Shown here: piece by piece, positions 11,075 through 20,979 of the stretch
Position numbering within the stretch: position 1 is the first letter of the stretch
How the letters are laid out: each line of letters begins with the position of its first letter
NCBI RefSeq assembly: GCF_006345805.1
Contig: NW_021835666.1
Span: 1-23,494, forward strand
Reading direction: 5' to 3'
Source of the DNA: Octopus sinensis
Lineage: Eukaryota
DNA length: 23,494 bases
Made by a program: the position numbers and the translations under genes
Notes under the pieces: model-generated
Seen by the model: the letters and a program-made list of their open reading frames with translations, nothing else
Databases searched by the model: none
What the model was told of the DNA's origin: nothing

Positions 11075-11740
11075 ATCATCAGCTTGATATTATCAATTCA
11101 TTTACATTTCGGAATTGTATTTTCGAGATAAGAATTGTGCGATAGTGGCCATATGAGTTTTCTTTGAATTAACGACCCGAATTATCTAATACCACACAAC
11201 TTGATAAATTATCAAGATTTTCAATTCTTACAGGCGAATTCTGAGTTTTCTGGAACAAATTCAAATACTTTGTATATCAATAGACACTAAATTAAGGCAG
11301 TACGTCGTGGTGTGTGTTCAATTGAGTATACATTGGTTAATCATTCTAACTAAACAAATAAAGATATTGAATAATCGATCATTGATTTGCTGTATTCATA
11401 ATCATTCTGAGGTCAGGGATGTATTGTAGAGAATTGATTGATATATGCATTGAGTGTGACATATTTCAATATGTTATTTGTGACTTATTTATATGCCAGT
11501 CGAGAGAGTTGTTTAATGAATTATTTACTTATGATTTGTCTGTTGTCGATGGCACATCATGTTATGCCCCAAAGTGTTCAGGTTTGAAGAAACAGATTCA
11601 CTGGTCGATCCAATAGAGGACAGTCACCATGTTGAAAGTGTCCGTCATAACCGTGATGGTAGTGGATATCTGAGAATGGGATGAACCAGTAACCAACAAA
11701 TACTAATTCATAACAAAAAACCTGTCAATTTATTTAATAT

Positions 11741-11838
11741 ACTTTCTATTTTTTCATAAGAATATTTAAATGGTCAACAAATTGTATATAAGTGTTATTA
11801 ATAGTACATTCCCGTCCATATCCTTGTGGTGTGTTATT
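11741..11838. promoter_or_regulatory. Candidate compact bidirectional promoter
   Basis: Position only: about 100 bp between the EB1 start (+) and the inferred 5' end of the phosphoesterase gene (-). No TSS data. Confidence 0.3.
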
Positions 11839-12602
11839 ATGGTAGTAATATTCAACTGTAATCGACCTTAGGCAGTGAATGTGATAAGTACAAGCGTGAC
11901 AACAGACAACATCAGTCGGAATCAGGTTGTGGAGTGGGTCAATGACTTTATTCCTTTCCAAATAGAAAAAGTGGAGGATTTAGCGAAAGGGTACCACTAC
12001 TGCATTCTCATGGACTTTTTATTCCCAAGTACAGTATTGCTTAAATGAGAGAAATCCTTTCCCCATCCAAACTAAAGACCAAGGCATGTCAAGAATACGA
12101 GTATTTCCAGAACCTGAAAGAACTGCAAAACCTCTTTTCGAAGACAGGCGTGGACAAAGTGGTGCCCATCCAGAAATTGGCGAAAGGCCGATTCCAGGAC
12201 AACTACGAGTTCGTGCAGTGGTTCCACAAACTATTCCTAATGAACTACGACCCCTCTTCCAGGAGGAGACACTCTCCGCCACAGAAGGTGGTTTGGGGTG
12301 GCCAAGCAGAGTCGGGAAATACGTCCTGTCAAGACTGCTGTTAATAATTCTGAGGTGGCCCCTCTCAAGACTGCTGTCAATAATTCTGAGGTGACCTCTC
12401 TAAAAGTGAACTGCAGTTGGTCAAGAGTGAGGTGTGTTTAGTTGTATAACCAATAGTATGAGACTTTGTACAACCATGTGCTTAAAGTGGAGTCTGAACG
12501 GGATTCCTACTATGCTCCCTACAGCGATGTGAGAGGCTCATGGACTTGAAAGACACGATCACCAAAACTGAGTTGCAGGCAGCCATTTATCAGGAGGACT
12601 AG
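11839..12602 (+). CDS. EB1: Microtubule end-binding protein EB1 (MAPRE family), ~221 aa; introns 11842-11871 (30), 12029-12051 (23), 12288-12309 (22), 12432-12456 (25); two 1-nt deletions (12402-12405, 12515-12519)
   Basis: M|AVNVISTSVTTDNISR...YCILMDFLFP|K...KGRFQDNYEFVQWFHKLF (animal-type EB1 CH domain), then coiled coil LKSELQLVKSE|YETL...ESERDSYY (EBH, cf. EKERDFYF) and LQRCERL...AAIYQED*. The ATG could alternatively be 11770 with a 99-nt first intron. Confidence 0.92.
12325..12396 (+). repeat. In-frame 2 x 36-bp duplication in the EB1 linker
   Basis: CCTGTCAAGACTGCTGTTAATAATTCTGAGGTGGCC / CCTCTCAAGACTGCTGTCAATAATTCTGAGGTGACC = PVKTAVNNSEVA / PLKTAVNNSEVT. Confidence 0.9.
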
Positions 12603-12624
12603 TCACTTTCATTATTTTGCATTA

Positions 12625-12930
12625 ATAAGCCATAATGGTGAGTTCTCCATTTCAGGGTTACGAATGTCGGATAGGTATAAATTGAATAGAGCAGGAGAAA
12701 TGGGGAACTCCATTTGGAAGGAATCTTGAGATTGATTTCATTCAGCTCTTCTTCGCTAAGGCAATTCGAAAGCCAAAGTTTTATGTTCGAGTTTCATATT
12801 TTTTGAGTCAGTATCTTTCTGGAAACTGGAAACCTTCCATTATAAACTGGGTTAATGTGGTAAGATGTGTTGAGGTAGAGAAATTACTCCTGAAACCATG
12901 TTGGATGTATGTAAGGGGGAGAGTAGGGGT
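12625..12930 (-). mobile_element. Degenerate LINE RT fragment
   Basis: QHGFRSNFST (12903-12875), NGVP (~12710), ALFNLYLSDI; abuts the EB1 3' end. Confidence 0.7.
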
Positions 12931-12984
12931 TATCAAATCGAGGTCAGCCCGGCTTAAGAATTAGGCGTATAAGAGAATTGGTCT

Positions 12985-13090
12985 TCTTTAATTAAACCGA
13001 TATATCCATCCATTTGAATATTTGAAATTTATAATTCCTAAATCGTTTTCCAAATTTTTTTGCTTGTTATTCAATACAATATTTTTTAAA
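12985..13090 (-). mobile_element. pogo/Tigger HTH (CENP-B-like) remnant
   Basis: AKNLENDLGIINFKYSNGWIYRF matches FKGSKGWLVKF of the 15448 transposase. Confidence 0.5.
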
Positions 13091-13199
13091 ACCTTTTGAT
13101 CGAGTGCTGATCAATGTCATGATTGTCAATAATAAAAATAATCTATTACATCAAAGTTAACTAAGGTTCCCATACGGATGTTCAATTTTTTTAATCGAA

Positions 13200-14650
13200 G
13201 AGAAAGATTTGTCCCATAATTTTTTTGTACACGAACCTTTAAGTAATTAAAAATAGAATACAATATCTCCAACATCTAACTCATATTTTGATCGATAGAC
13301 TCCCATCTTCCTATTCATTCTTCTATAATATGAAGACTGCAAATTCATCCTCTCAAAATTAAACTGGCACTCATCATCTTTACTAATAAATAACAATAAA
13401 AAACCTTTATTATAAATGTCGGGATTTTCGACAACTTCAAATTCTTCCATATCAAAACTTTTCGGATTTTCGTCAACACCTGATTCAACAACAGTGTTGA
13501 TTCCAGGAATGGACTAACGCCTAGAAAATTAACAAATGCAATTTACATGAATGAGCACTCAGATTGTACAAAAACACAGCTTTTCGAATGTGTTTTATCC
13601 ACTCTTTTTATCATCCGGAGCCATCAATTTGGATAAACTCTTTGTGATTGTCTGATTAAATCTTTCAACTATCTCCTGACTCTGGGGATTGTTGGGTCGT
13701 CCATGAATTTGAACAATTTCGTACTCTTGAAAGAGTTTTCTTATATGGTCATTCTTGAACTCCGTACCATTGTCTGATTGCAAGTATTTACAAGGCCCGT
13801 GATCAATAAAAATTTCTTCTAATTTATTGGCAACTTCTCTTCTACTTTTGTTCAGTAGGTTCCTGGTGAATGCATATCTCGACTAGACGTCAATCACAGT
13901 CAACAACCAAGAAAATTGATCATTGTCATTTTCAAACCTTGGGAATAACACAATTTTATACCTTTATAGGTCAATCAGATCAATCTGAAATCTCTCATTC
14001 GGTACATCCGCAAAAATATGACTTACGTCGTCATATTGTTTCAGCGGACCTGCAGACTGGGATATATCACAGTCTCTTACCACCTGACGAATAACATCTC
14101 TTTTAACAAAACAAAATCGTTTTCCACACAATTCTTCGAGTGCATTGTGTCCATAATGGTTAGCGTCGTGGATATCTTCTGCAATTGTCCGCATCTCATG
14201 TTTGTAGGTTGAGGCAATAACAAGTTTGTGATTAGATAAATAATCTTGAAGATAGACCTTTCCGTCTATTAAAACGAATTTTTCAGCCTTCTTTTTTAGT
14301 TTGTACTTCCGAGAAGTTGAGATGTTCAGGTCTTGTCCTTGGAGGATAGATTTTATAATGTTGTACTCTTCATTATTTTTTATGAAAACTTTGTTAGGAA
14401 TCAGAACAACGTGATTAGTGAAATAGTTTATTGAGTTTATTGTCAAAAATTATGGTATGCCAGCAAAAATTGGTGTAAATCCTAAGTAAAAGTAAAATAA
14501 TTTAAAAATTTGAATGGCGTTATATCGGATAAGGCACATAATTTGGCGTGGCAATAACTGAGTGGCGGGATTTGGCATTATAAAGAGAAATTCAAAGAAG
14601 AACCAAAAAATGACGTGGCAATAAGCGGGGTGGCATTATAGAGAGGTTAA
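13200..14650 (-). mobile_element. Degenerate Ginger/GIN-like (KRBA2-type) DDE integrase transposon with one subterminal-repeat end
   Basis: H2C2-like region, RFQIDLIDL, WLLTVID, ILQSDNGTEFKN, PQSQ.IVERFNQTI; several stops; candidate 24-nt intron 13961-13938; cluster of TGGC(A/G)(A/T)TA motifs at 14515-14640. TIR/TSD not identified. Confidence 0.8.
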
Positions 14651-15232
14651 GTGTATTTGGTATTTGATTCTGGTTAACGGAATAGTTGAAAATTTTCGTC
14701 ACTGCATCATTCCGATGGGACCAAGCTGCTTTAGCAAGGTTGTTGGAATCAGATCTGGTCCACAGGATAGGGATGATTTTGCAGGGGATATCTTGTAAAT
14801 GTAAAAAGTGAAAAACTCACGTGTGGGAATATAAATTTTACTGTTAATGCTCTTACGGGATGTGCTACAATATTCATTGGGTTAAGTGAAAAACTCACAG
14901 TAAAAACTACATCTAAATTAGAAAAATACAAACTTATAAAAAAAGAATTAATTTATAATTGATGACGGCATATTTTCTATTCCTAATTCAATCTTTATCC
15001 AAAGAACTAGAATAACTAAAAACACAAATTAATTAGTTATTTAGACAATGAAATTAAGATGAAAACACTCGAATTCGCTATTCACAAGAATGCCGCCAGA
15101 GAATATAAAAACTTCATAAGAAATGTAGTAAATTTCTTTTTACTGCGAAACGCTTAATTATTGAATGAATTATAAAAGACTGGGAAATTTGTAAATTTGC
15201 CGAGCCGCTAAAAAAATTTTTAAATAAATATA

Positions 15233-16797
15233 CAGTAAAGTCTCTCGAATACGCCGACTCTCGAATCCGCCAATTATAATTAATAAATTCTCTTATCCGC
15301 CATTTTTCCTAGAAAAAATTCTCGAATCCGCCATATTTTTTATAATGAATCCGCCATGTGTCCTAATTTTAAATAATTTTTTTAATTAAATTTACTGATA
15401 TATAATCAATTTATTAACACGTTACATCTGTCTTTGTTGTTGTATTAATGAAACGTAACTGTACAAGACTAAAAAACAATCAAAAAATTGAGATTTTGAA
15501 GTTTATTCAAACAAATAATGAATTATCTTCACTAAAAATTTCTGAGATTTTTTCAAAAAAATACAACTTGCCTGTTTCTCGCCGATCTATTGATGATCTG
15601 AAAAGTAAAAGAGGATCTAACATTATGTTTCATAACCTAAGATCTGACATTTCCCGCAAACAATATTTAAAGTTTGCTGAAATCGATGATAATACTATTG
15701 CTTGGGTCAATTCAATGGATCTTAAAGGAGCCATTTTAAATGATAGGATTATTACTGAGAAAGCAAAAGCCTTTGCATTGAATCTCGGGATTACTGAATT
15801 CAAAGGAAGCAAAGGGTGGTTAGTTAAATTTAAAAAGAGGAATGGTTTGAAATTACGCAATATGCATGGAGAATCTGCAACTCCAAATTTTGACCCTAAT
15901 TTAGTATCAGATTTCATTGAATTAATCAAAAATAAAATCAGTCTTTACGGAGCTCAAAATGTTTATAATGCCGATGAAACTGGCTTATTTTACAAAATGA
16001 TACCGTCTAAGAGTGTTTGTAAAACCATTAAATCTGGCTATAAAGTCCTGAAAGACAGAGTTTCTGTTATGTTATGTAGAAATGTTGACGGTACAGATAA
16101 GCGAACATTCTTACTAATTGGGTTGTTTAAAAATCCAAGATGTTTCAAGAATTTCGATATCAAAAAATATGTTATATATTCAAATTCAAAGAGAGCATGG
16201 ATGGATAGCAGAATTTTTAATCAATTTCTATTAAAATGGGAAATGGAATTGCGAAAACAAGATAGAAAAATTTTGTTTGTTGTAGATCAATCTCCTGCAC
16301 ATAAGGTGAATTTCATGAAATTTACATTAGGTATTGATTGAATTAAAACAAATTGAGATGTTATTTCTACCACCTAATACAACATCTTTTTTACAGCCCA
16401 TGGATCAGGGCATAATTAAATCGTATAAATGTAAATTCAATTCTCTAAAATTTTCTAATATAATTCAAAAAATTGAAGCTGGGACAAACCCCTATGTTGT
16501 TACCATTAACGAGGCTTTTATCGCTTTAAACAAATTAAAAGAGTTCTATAATCAAGAAGAATTCTTTAATATAGAAAATCTTGAGTATATTGAAAACATT
16601 GGATCTTCAATGATCCAAACTCTAAGAAGAAACAAGTCGAAACTTACTGATTTTTTTGTTTTTAATTAATTATTTTGGCTTAATAATTTAAATTATTAAT
16701 GGATTTAAAAATCGATAAGTCTCTCGAATCCGCCAAATTCTCGAATCCGCCAGATTTTGCCGATCCCCGAAATTGGCGGATTCGAGAGACTTTACTG
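15233..16797 (+). mobile_element. pogo/Tigger DNA transposon, 1565 bp
   Basis: TIR CAGTAAAGTCTCTCGAAT(A/C)CGCC at both ends; TA TSD (15231-15232, 16798-16799); repeated TCTCGAATCCGCCA subterminal motifs. Confidence 0.95.
15448..16669 (+). CDS. pogo/Tigger transposase, 398 aa; exons 15448-16305 and 16331-16669; 25-nt intron
   Basis: HTH_psq/CENP-B N-terminus, YNADETGLF, VVDQSPAH, LPPNTTSFLQPMDQG. Removing GTGAATTTCATGAAATTTACATTAG joins the two listed ORFs in frame and gives DD30D spacing. Post-catalytic region looks shortened. Confidence 0.9.
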
Positions 16798-16929
16798 TAC
16801 TTAGGTATCGATTCTAATTAACATGTAACTGCAAGAAGTCCACATGAAAGATTCTGAGGGAATTTTTTGATGTTAACAAATATAAATATTTTAACAAACA
16901 ATTATCAACATTTACAACAAATTCAAACT

Positions 16930-17350
16930 CTGCAAATTTTTAAAAAATAAAACTGCTTTTGGTGATACTTATTTTAGAAGCTATAAATAAACTAAAAAAA
17001 ATTTTGTCAAATTTGATATTGCCAAATTTTACAAACAGACAACGGATGAGAATTTTATTTACAAAATCAGTCATCAATATGTTCCGGAACAATTTATTTT
17101 CGAGTTTCCAACAACGGAGAAGAATTCAAAAAACAACTGATGAATCAAATATGCAAAAAAATAAAATCAAAAAGTTTAACAGTCCAAGTTTATAAGTTTA
17201 ACTGAATGAAGGTGTGATTGACCGCTTTAAACAAACATTAAAACAAAGTATGGCAAAACTGATGGAAAAAATAAAAAAAATGGAAACTATATTTAGACAA
17301 AGTAACATATTCGTATAATACGACACATCACTCGGTGTTGAATGAAACCT
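16930..17350 (+). mobile_element. Degraded DDE integrase fragment (Ginger/GIN-like)
   Basis: Frameshifted QILQTDNG*EF (17024-17056), GVIDRFKQTLK (17211-17245), WKLYLDKVTYSYNTTHHS. Confidence 0.65.
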
Positions 17351-17423
17351 TCAAAAAGTTTAGTAATATTTCTTGAATATTTTTATAATATTAACAAAAA
17401 CAGTTAAAAAAGGAACTAATTAG

Positions 17424-17672
17424 CTAATGAAGCCATCTGTCCGAAGTGGACCCCGCCAACATAATTGACGTTGCGTTGCCTCTCACGATAGCAACGGAGA
17501 TCAACTGGAGAAGCCACCGGGTCTCACGTGTGTCGTGGCTTTTTAATGTGGCTAAGCGTCCAAGCTTCTTTAGGAAGCGAAGCGATTTCCCACTTATTCC
17601 TCCAGTTGTCTCGACCACAATCGGACAGAACACGAATCGATCTCGTAGCGCTTCATATTTTCCTGAATTAAC
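17424..17672 (-). mobile_element. 3' end of a CRE-clade non-LTR retrotransposon (RLE domain)
   Basis: KYEAL..FVFCPIVVETTGG...FLKKLGR...RETRWLLQLISVAIVRGNA resembles the CRE C-terminal 'PxxVETxG...QRxSVAxxRGNA' signature. Confidence 0.75.
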
Positions 17673-17799
17673 TTGAATTAACACTGTGATTCATGAAATA
17701 ATAAATTTTTATCTCATTTATTATTTAGATGAAAATAATTAGTCATCGTTTTCATGCTAATATGACTTGCTTAAAACTTAATAACTTAATACTCCAGAG

Positions 17800-18851
17800 C
17801 AGGCATTCTCAACCTTTTTTTGTTCATCGCCCCCTTAGATATTTTATCGCCCCCCTTTGAAATTTTATCGCCCCCTTGTCCATATACAATTTAAAAATTT
17901 TTGGGCATTGTCCCTTAATTGGTTGTTTTTTGTATATAACTCAAAAATCAAAATATAAAATAATAAATCAAATGTAAAAAATTGAATTTCTATTAAAAAT
18001 TATTAGTGAGACTTTTGATATTGATGTTTACTCGCTAAATATTCTATGTCGGGTTTAAATCCCATTAAAACAGCTTTACTATCTACAATGACGCTTTCAT
18101 CAATTTGTAATGAAAACTTACTTCGCTTCAGTCTTTCAATAAGGATTTCCTTTACATTGTCACCCATTTCATCAATTCTTTGACGAATCACCTGAACGTG
18201 TTAGTTAATGGTTAAGACGGTGATTTTGTTTGGCTTAAATAATAATAGTAATAATCGAACCATTGCTAAGAGGTAGACTTTTAATAATTTTAGAAGCATC
18301 TTGATGCATTACATCCGATATTATTACTTCCAGTGATGGAATTATTGCATTTTCTGCGATAGTATGAGAACTGGAAGTTTTCGCAATAATTTCAGCAATT
18401 TTATAAGAAGCGATGTGCGCACCCACAACTACATATAAATAAGTGTTAAATAACCATCATGTACTGGCTTTGTGAATTACGATTTGATCGTTTTCTTATT
18501 TTCAAAATTGTATTTTAAATATTCAATCGGCTTTGACATTTTATCCGGGTGCTTGCGTTTTAGATGATCCAGTAATCGTGATGGCTTCATCGCCTCATTT
18601 GAGAAAGAACATTGACAAATAAGACAATAAGGCTGTTTTGTATCTTCAGTACTTTGAATAAACCCATATTTTAAATATTCGTTTTGATAATGACGACTTT
18701 TCTTATTTGAGCGAGAAGACATCTTAGATACCAAACAAGAATGTAAAAACAGCGTGCTATTTTAAAATCGCCCCCTTGTAAAAAATTATCGCCCCCCTGT
18801 ACAAAATTTTCGCCCCTAGGGAGGCGATTCGCTCCCGGTTGAGAACACCTG
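17800..18851 (-). mobile_element. Internally deleted Buster/Charlie hAT, 1052 bp
   Basis: TIRs CAGGCATTCTCAACC / GGTTGAGAACACCTG; perfect 8-bp TSD CTCCAGAG (17792-17799, 18852-18859); ATCGCCCCC subterminal repeats at both ends. Confidence 0.95.
18003..18725 (-). pseudogene. Buster (ZBED5/SCAND3-like) transposase deletion derivative
   Basis: BED finger YLKYGF...PYCLIC...AMKPSRLLDHLKRKH, ASYKIA...HTIAE, PLSN..RQRIDEM, FSLQIDES, then a direct jump to the Buster C-terminus PDIEYLASKHQYQKSH*. 26-nt intron 18454-18429; ~66-nt intron-like insert near 18258-18193; one in-frame TAA. Confidence 0.85.
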
Positions 18852-19379
18852 CTCCAGAGAATGGATACTTTCAACAATTTCATTTATTAAAAATTTGTCC
18901 ATATAAAAAATACCTAAACATATGTCTGTGCAAACATATTGCTGAGGCTGTCTGATATGCCATCATTTGTTCAATATCCATATTTGTTACAGGATTTGGA
19001 TATTGACAGCCCCTCAAGATAAAAAACGAAATTTCCTCTTTAATAGCATGTATTGGTTTAATCAAATATGACATTCTTAATTATTTCTTTCTATGTGAAT
19101 AAATGAATTTATTTATTTAAAAGGAAAAGCCGAAAAAGAGAGAAAAAGTTAATGAGCCTTGGGGAACAATTTGAGGCACTTTTATTTCTAAAGTCTATTT
19201 TATAGCAGTTTATTTAATAATTTATTGGCCAAAGAAATTATTCAAATTTCTAACGATAGAATACTAAATTAACTAATTATTGACGCCGCTTATTGGGGCA
19301 TTTTTTAAATAATTTAAAAAAAAATTTTATGCATTATTTTTTTAATTATAGCGTGTGGTTTAGTGGTTATGCTAAAAAA

Positions 19380-19530
19380 CTTTCTTGTGAAAAGTTAAAA
19401 CCTTTGGTTATTGGAAAGCATAAATCACCCAGATGCCTTAAAATATAAGAACTGAGGATTGTGAAGTAATGGTTTTAAATTAATACAAATTATATACGAT
19501 GCGTCCAAAAATGCATGGATGAAAATAATA
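19380..19530 (+). mobile_element. pogo/Tigger DDE-domain remnant
   Basis: EKLKPLVIGKHKSPRC and YDASKNAWM, parallel to FLLIGLFKNPRCF...YSNSKRAWM in the 15448 transposase. Confidence 0.55.
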
Positions 19531-20597
19531 TTTTCAACAATTGGTTTAAGATAAGACAGTTGATAAAATACACAATTGATTTAAATGGTATTTTATTTAA
19601 AGAAAAAGTTGAAAAAAATATAAATTATCATACCCTCTGTATTTGGCGGTGGATTTTTATTATGGCAGGAATTCAACTGTATCTGTGATAACCAAAAGCT
19701 TTTATTTAAACGTCTACAAAATCAAAAAATGTAACCGGTTCCCCATGCGTAATGCGCTGTCACATAATATACCACTAATTAATGTATTCGGCAAAAGTCG
19801 TTTCAAGGTACTGAAATGCGTTTTTAGATTACTTTACTCAGTGTTTTTAACAAACATCTGAAAACCATTTTTTCAATGATTAGACTGACCGTAGTAAAGA
19901 TTTGGTTAAATTTATTGAAAATTGGGAATAAGAAAAAAAGTAATTAGCAGCACAAATCATTTTCGTCGCTGAGAGCATGATAGTTCTGGACTGATATTTG
20001 AATGGGAGAAATAAAGATCTGACTTAGAAAAAATCCAACCAAAACGGCCGAGCACAGATAATAGTTGAGAGACATGAATATTAACATTAAAATGTAATTT
20101 ATTCCGAGTCGAATTGTGAGTATTGCGGATTTGCCCAAATGAGACAAGGATTTCAGTGTTTGCACATAGCGATAATTTATTTTACAGATTCTGCCGTATT
20201 TACATGTCACAATTTTTTCTAAAACATGCAGTAACTCTGATAACATTGTTAGAAACACCGTTGCGAAAATCGCGAGCCATAGGTCTTTAAATTAAATGCA
20301 GGAATAATACGTTTTTGTGATTGCAGAGTGAACCTTTGAAAAAATAAAGTAATTCCTTTCCAATTTGTATGGAATAACATGATTTTCAACAGAAAAATTA
20401 ATTGAATGTGACTCGATTAATTTTTTTAAGTAAAAAAATACTATTTAAATTATAAATAATTAAAATATTGTGAGATACAAATATGTCGCGTTCTATGCCT
20501 ATATTGGCAAAATCCTTTGCCCTTATAATAAGTCAATAATGGGGAAACAGTTCAAAATGATGGGGTCCTTCAAGAATCTTAAAAATCCGACGTATTA

Positions 20598-20880
20598 AGA
20601 ATATTCTCGATGATGAGGTCCTTAGAACTTTTCCGACAAAAAATTATTTTCGGCATTTTAGTTAAAATCAACAACAAAGATGTCCTCGATTCACAGATGA
20701 GATGCTTAAAACCTTTTCCACAAAAAATTATTTTTTGCATTTTGGTTAAAATGAACAACGTGAATGTTCTCGACTCTGATGATGAGGTCAATTAAAACCT
20801 TTAAACAAAAAATTAAAGAATTATTTTCAATATGTTAATAAAAACGACAGCGAGAATATGAGCAATGAGGTGCTCTTAAT
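20598..20880. repeat. Degenerate ~80-85-bp tandem repeat, about 3 units
   Basis: Recurring (T/C)CTCGA..GATGAG..TTA(A/G)AAC.TTT..ACAAAAAATTA...GCATTTT.GTTAAAAT.AACAAC; CTCGA anchors near 20605, 20685 and 20769. Confidence 0.7.
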
Positions 20881-20979
20881 TATTCGTGATAAAAAAATCA
20901 ATTTTCCTAGGATTTTCACTTTACAATTAAATTTCACATATCTTTATTAACCATAAATCAAAATTAAAGATATTATTTG

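Larger units (their letters stand above)
7689..11740 (-). pseudogene. Multi-exon acid sphingomyelinase-like (SMPD1/SMPDL3 family) metallophosphoesterase gene, interrupted by a hAT (8828-10705) and a MITE (10910-11074)
   Basis: Family-like motifs in the expected order on the minus strand: GYWFIPFSDIHY (11659-11673), PEHFGA*HDVP (~11560), PDLRMIMNT (11391-11418), DYSVN..GNCRVIRLQ (spans the reconstructed hAT empty site), YDPF..WL (~8595-8555), KRVLL*YH (8465-8482), FGH (~8010), IPGLTSLRVRFGGIRVL (7894-7952). AT-rich GT-AG introns of 24, 24 and 22 nt at 8739-8716, 8685-8662 and 8625-8604 flank 30- and 36-nt exons. Several frameshifts are required; exact exon model and start are unresolved. Confidence 0.5.

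Noticed and set aside
8004-11680. Alternative + strand host gene (donors AAG|GTAAAT 8053, TAG|GTGAGT 8515; open frame across the hAT empty site)
   Set aside because: Needs many frameshifts, has in-frame stops and no recognisable family motif; the minus-strand model explains intron composition and motif order better. Not fully excluded.
12402-12406. Euplotes-type programmed +1 frameshift or a non-standard genetic code
   Set aside because: No AAA-stop slippery site; PSMB2, EB1 and the transposases end at ordinary TAA/TAG and translate with the standard code.
14780-14960. Possible retroviral-type protease relic (NALTGCATIFI)
   Set aside because: The catalytic D of D(T/S)G is absent and there is no adjacent RT or gag support.
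19643-20258. Possible piggyBac (KSRFKVLK) and LINE endonuclease relics
   Set aside because: Resemblance limited to a few residues; needs an HMM search.
20598-20880. CRISPR-like array
   Set aside because: Units are degenerate along their whole length with no constant-repeat/unique-spacer structure; eukaryotic context; no cas genes.
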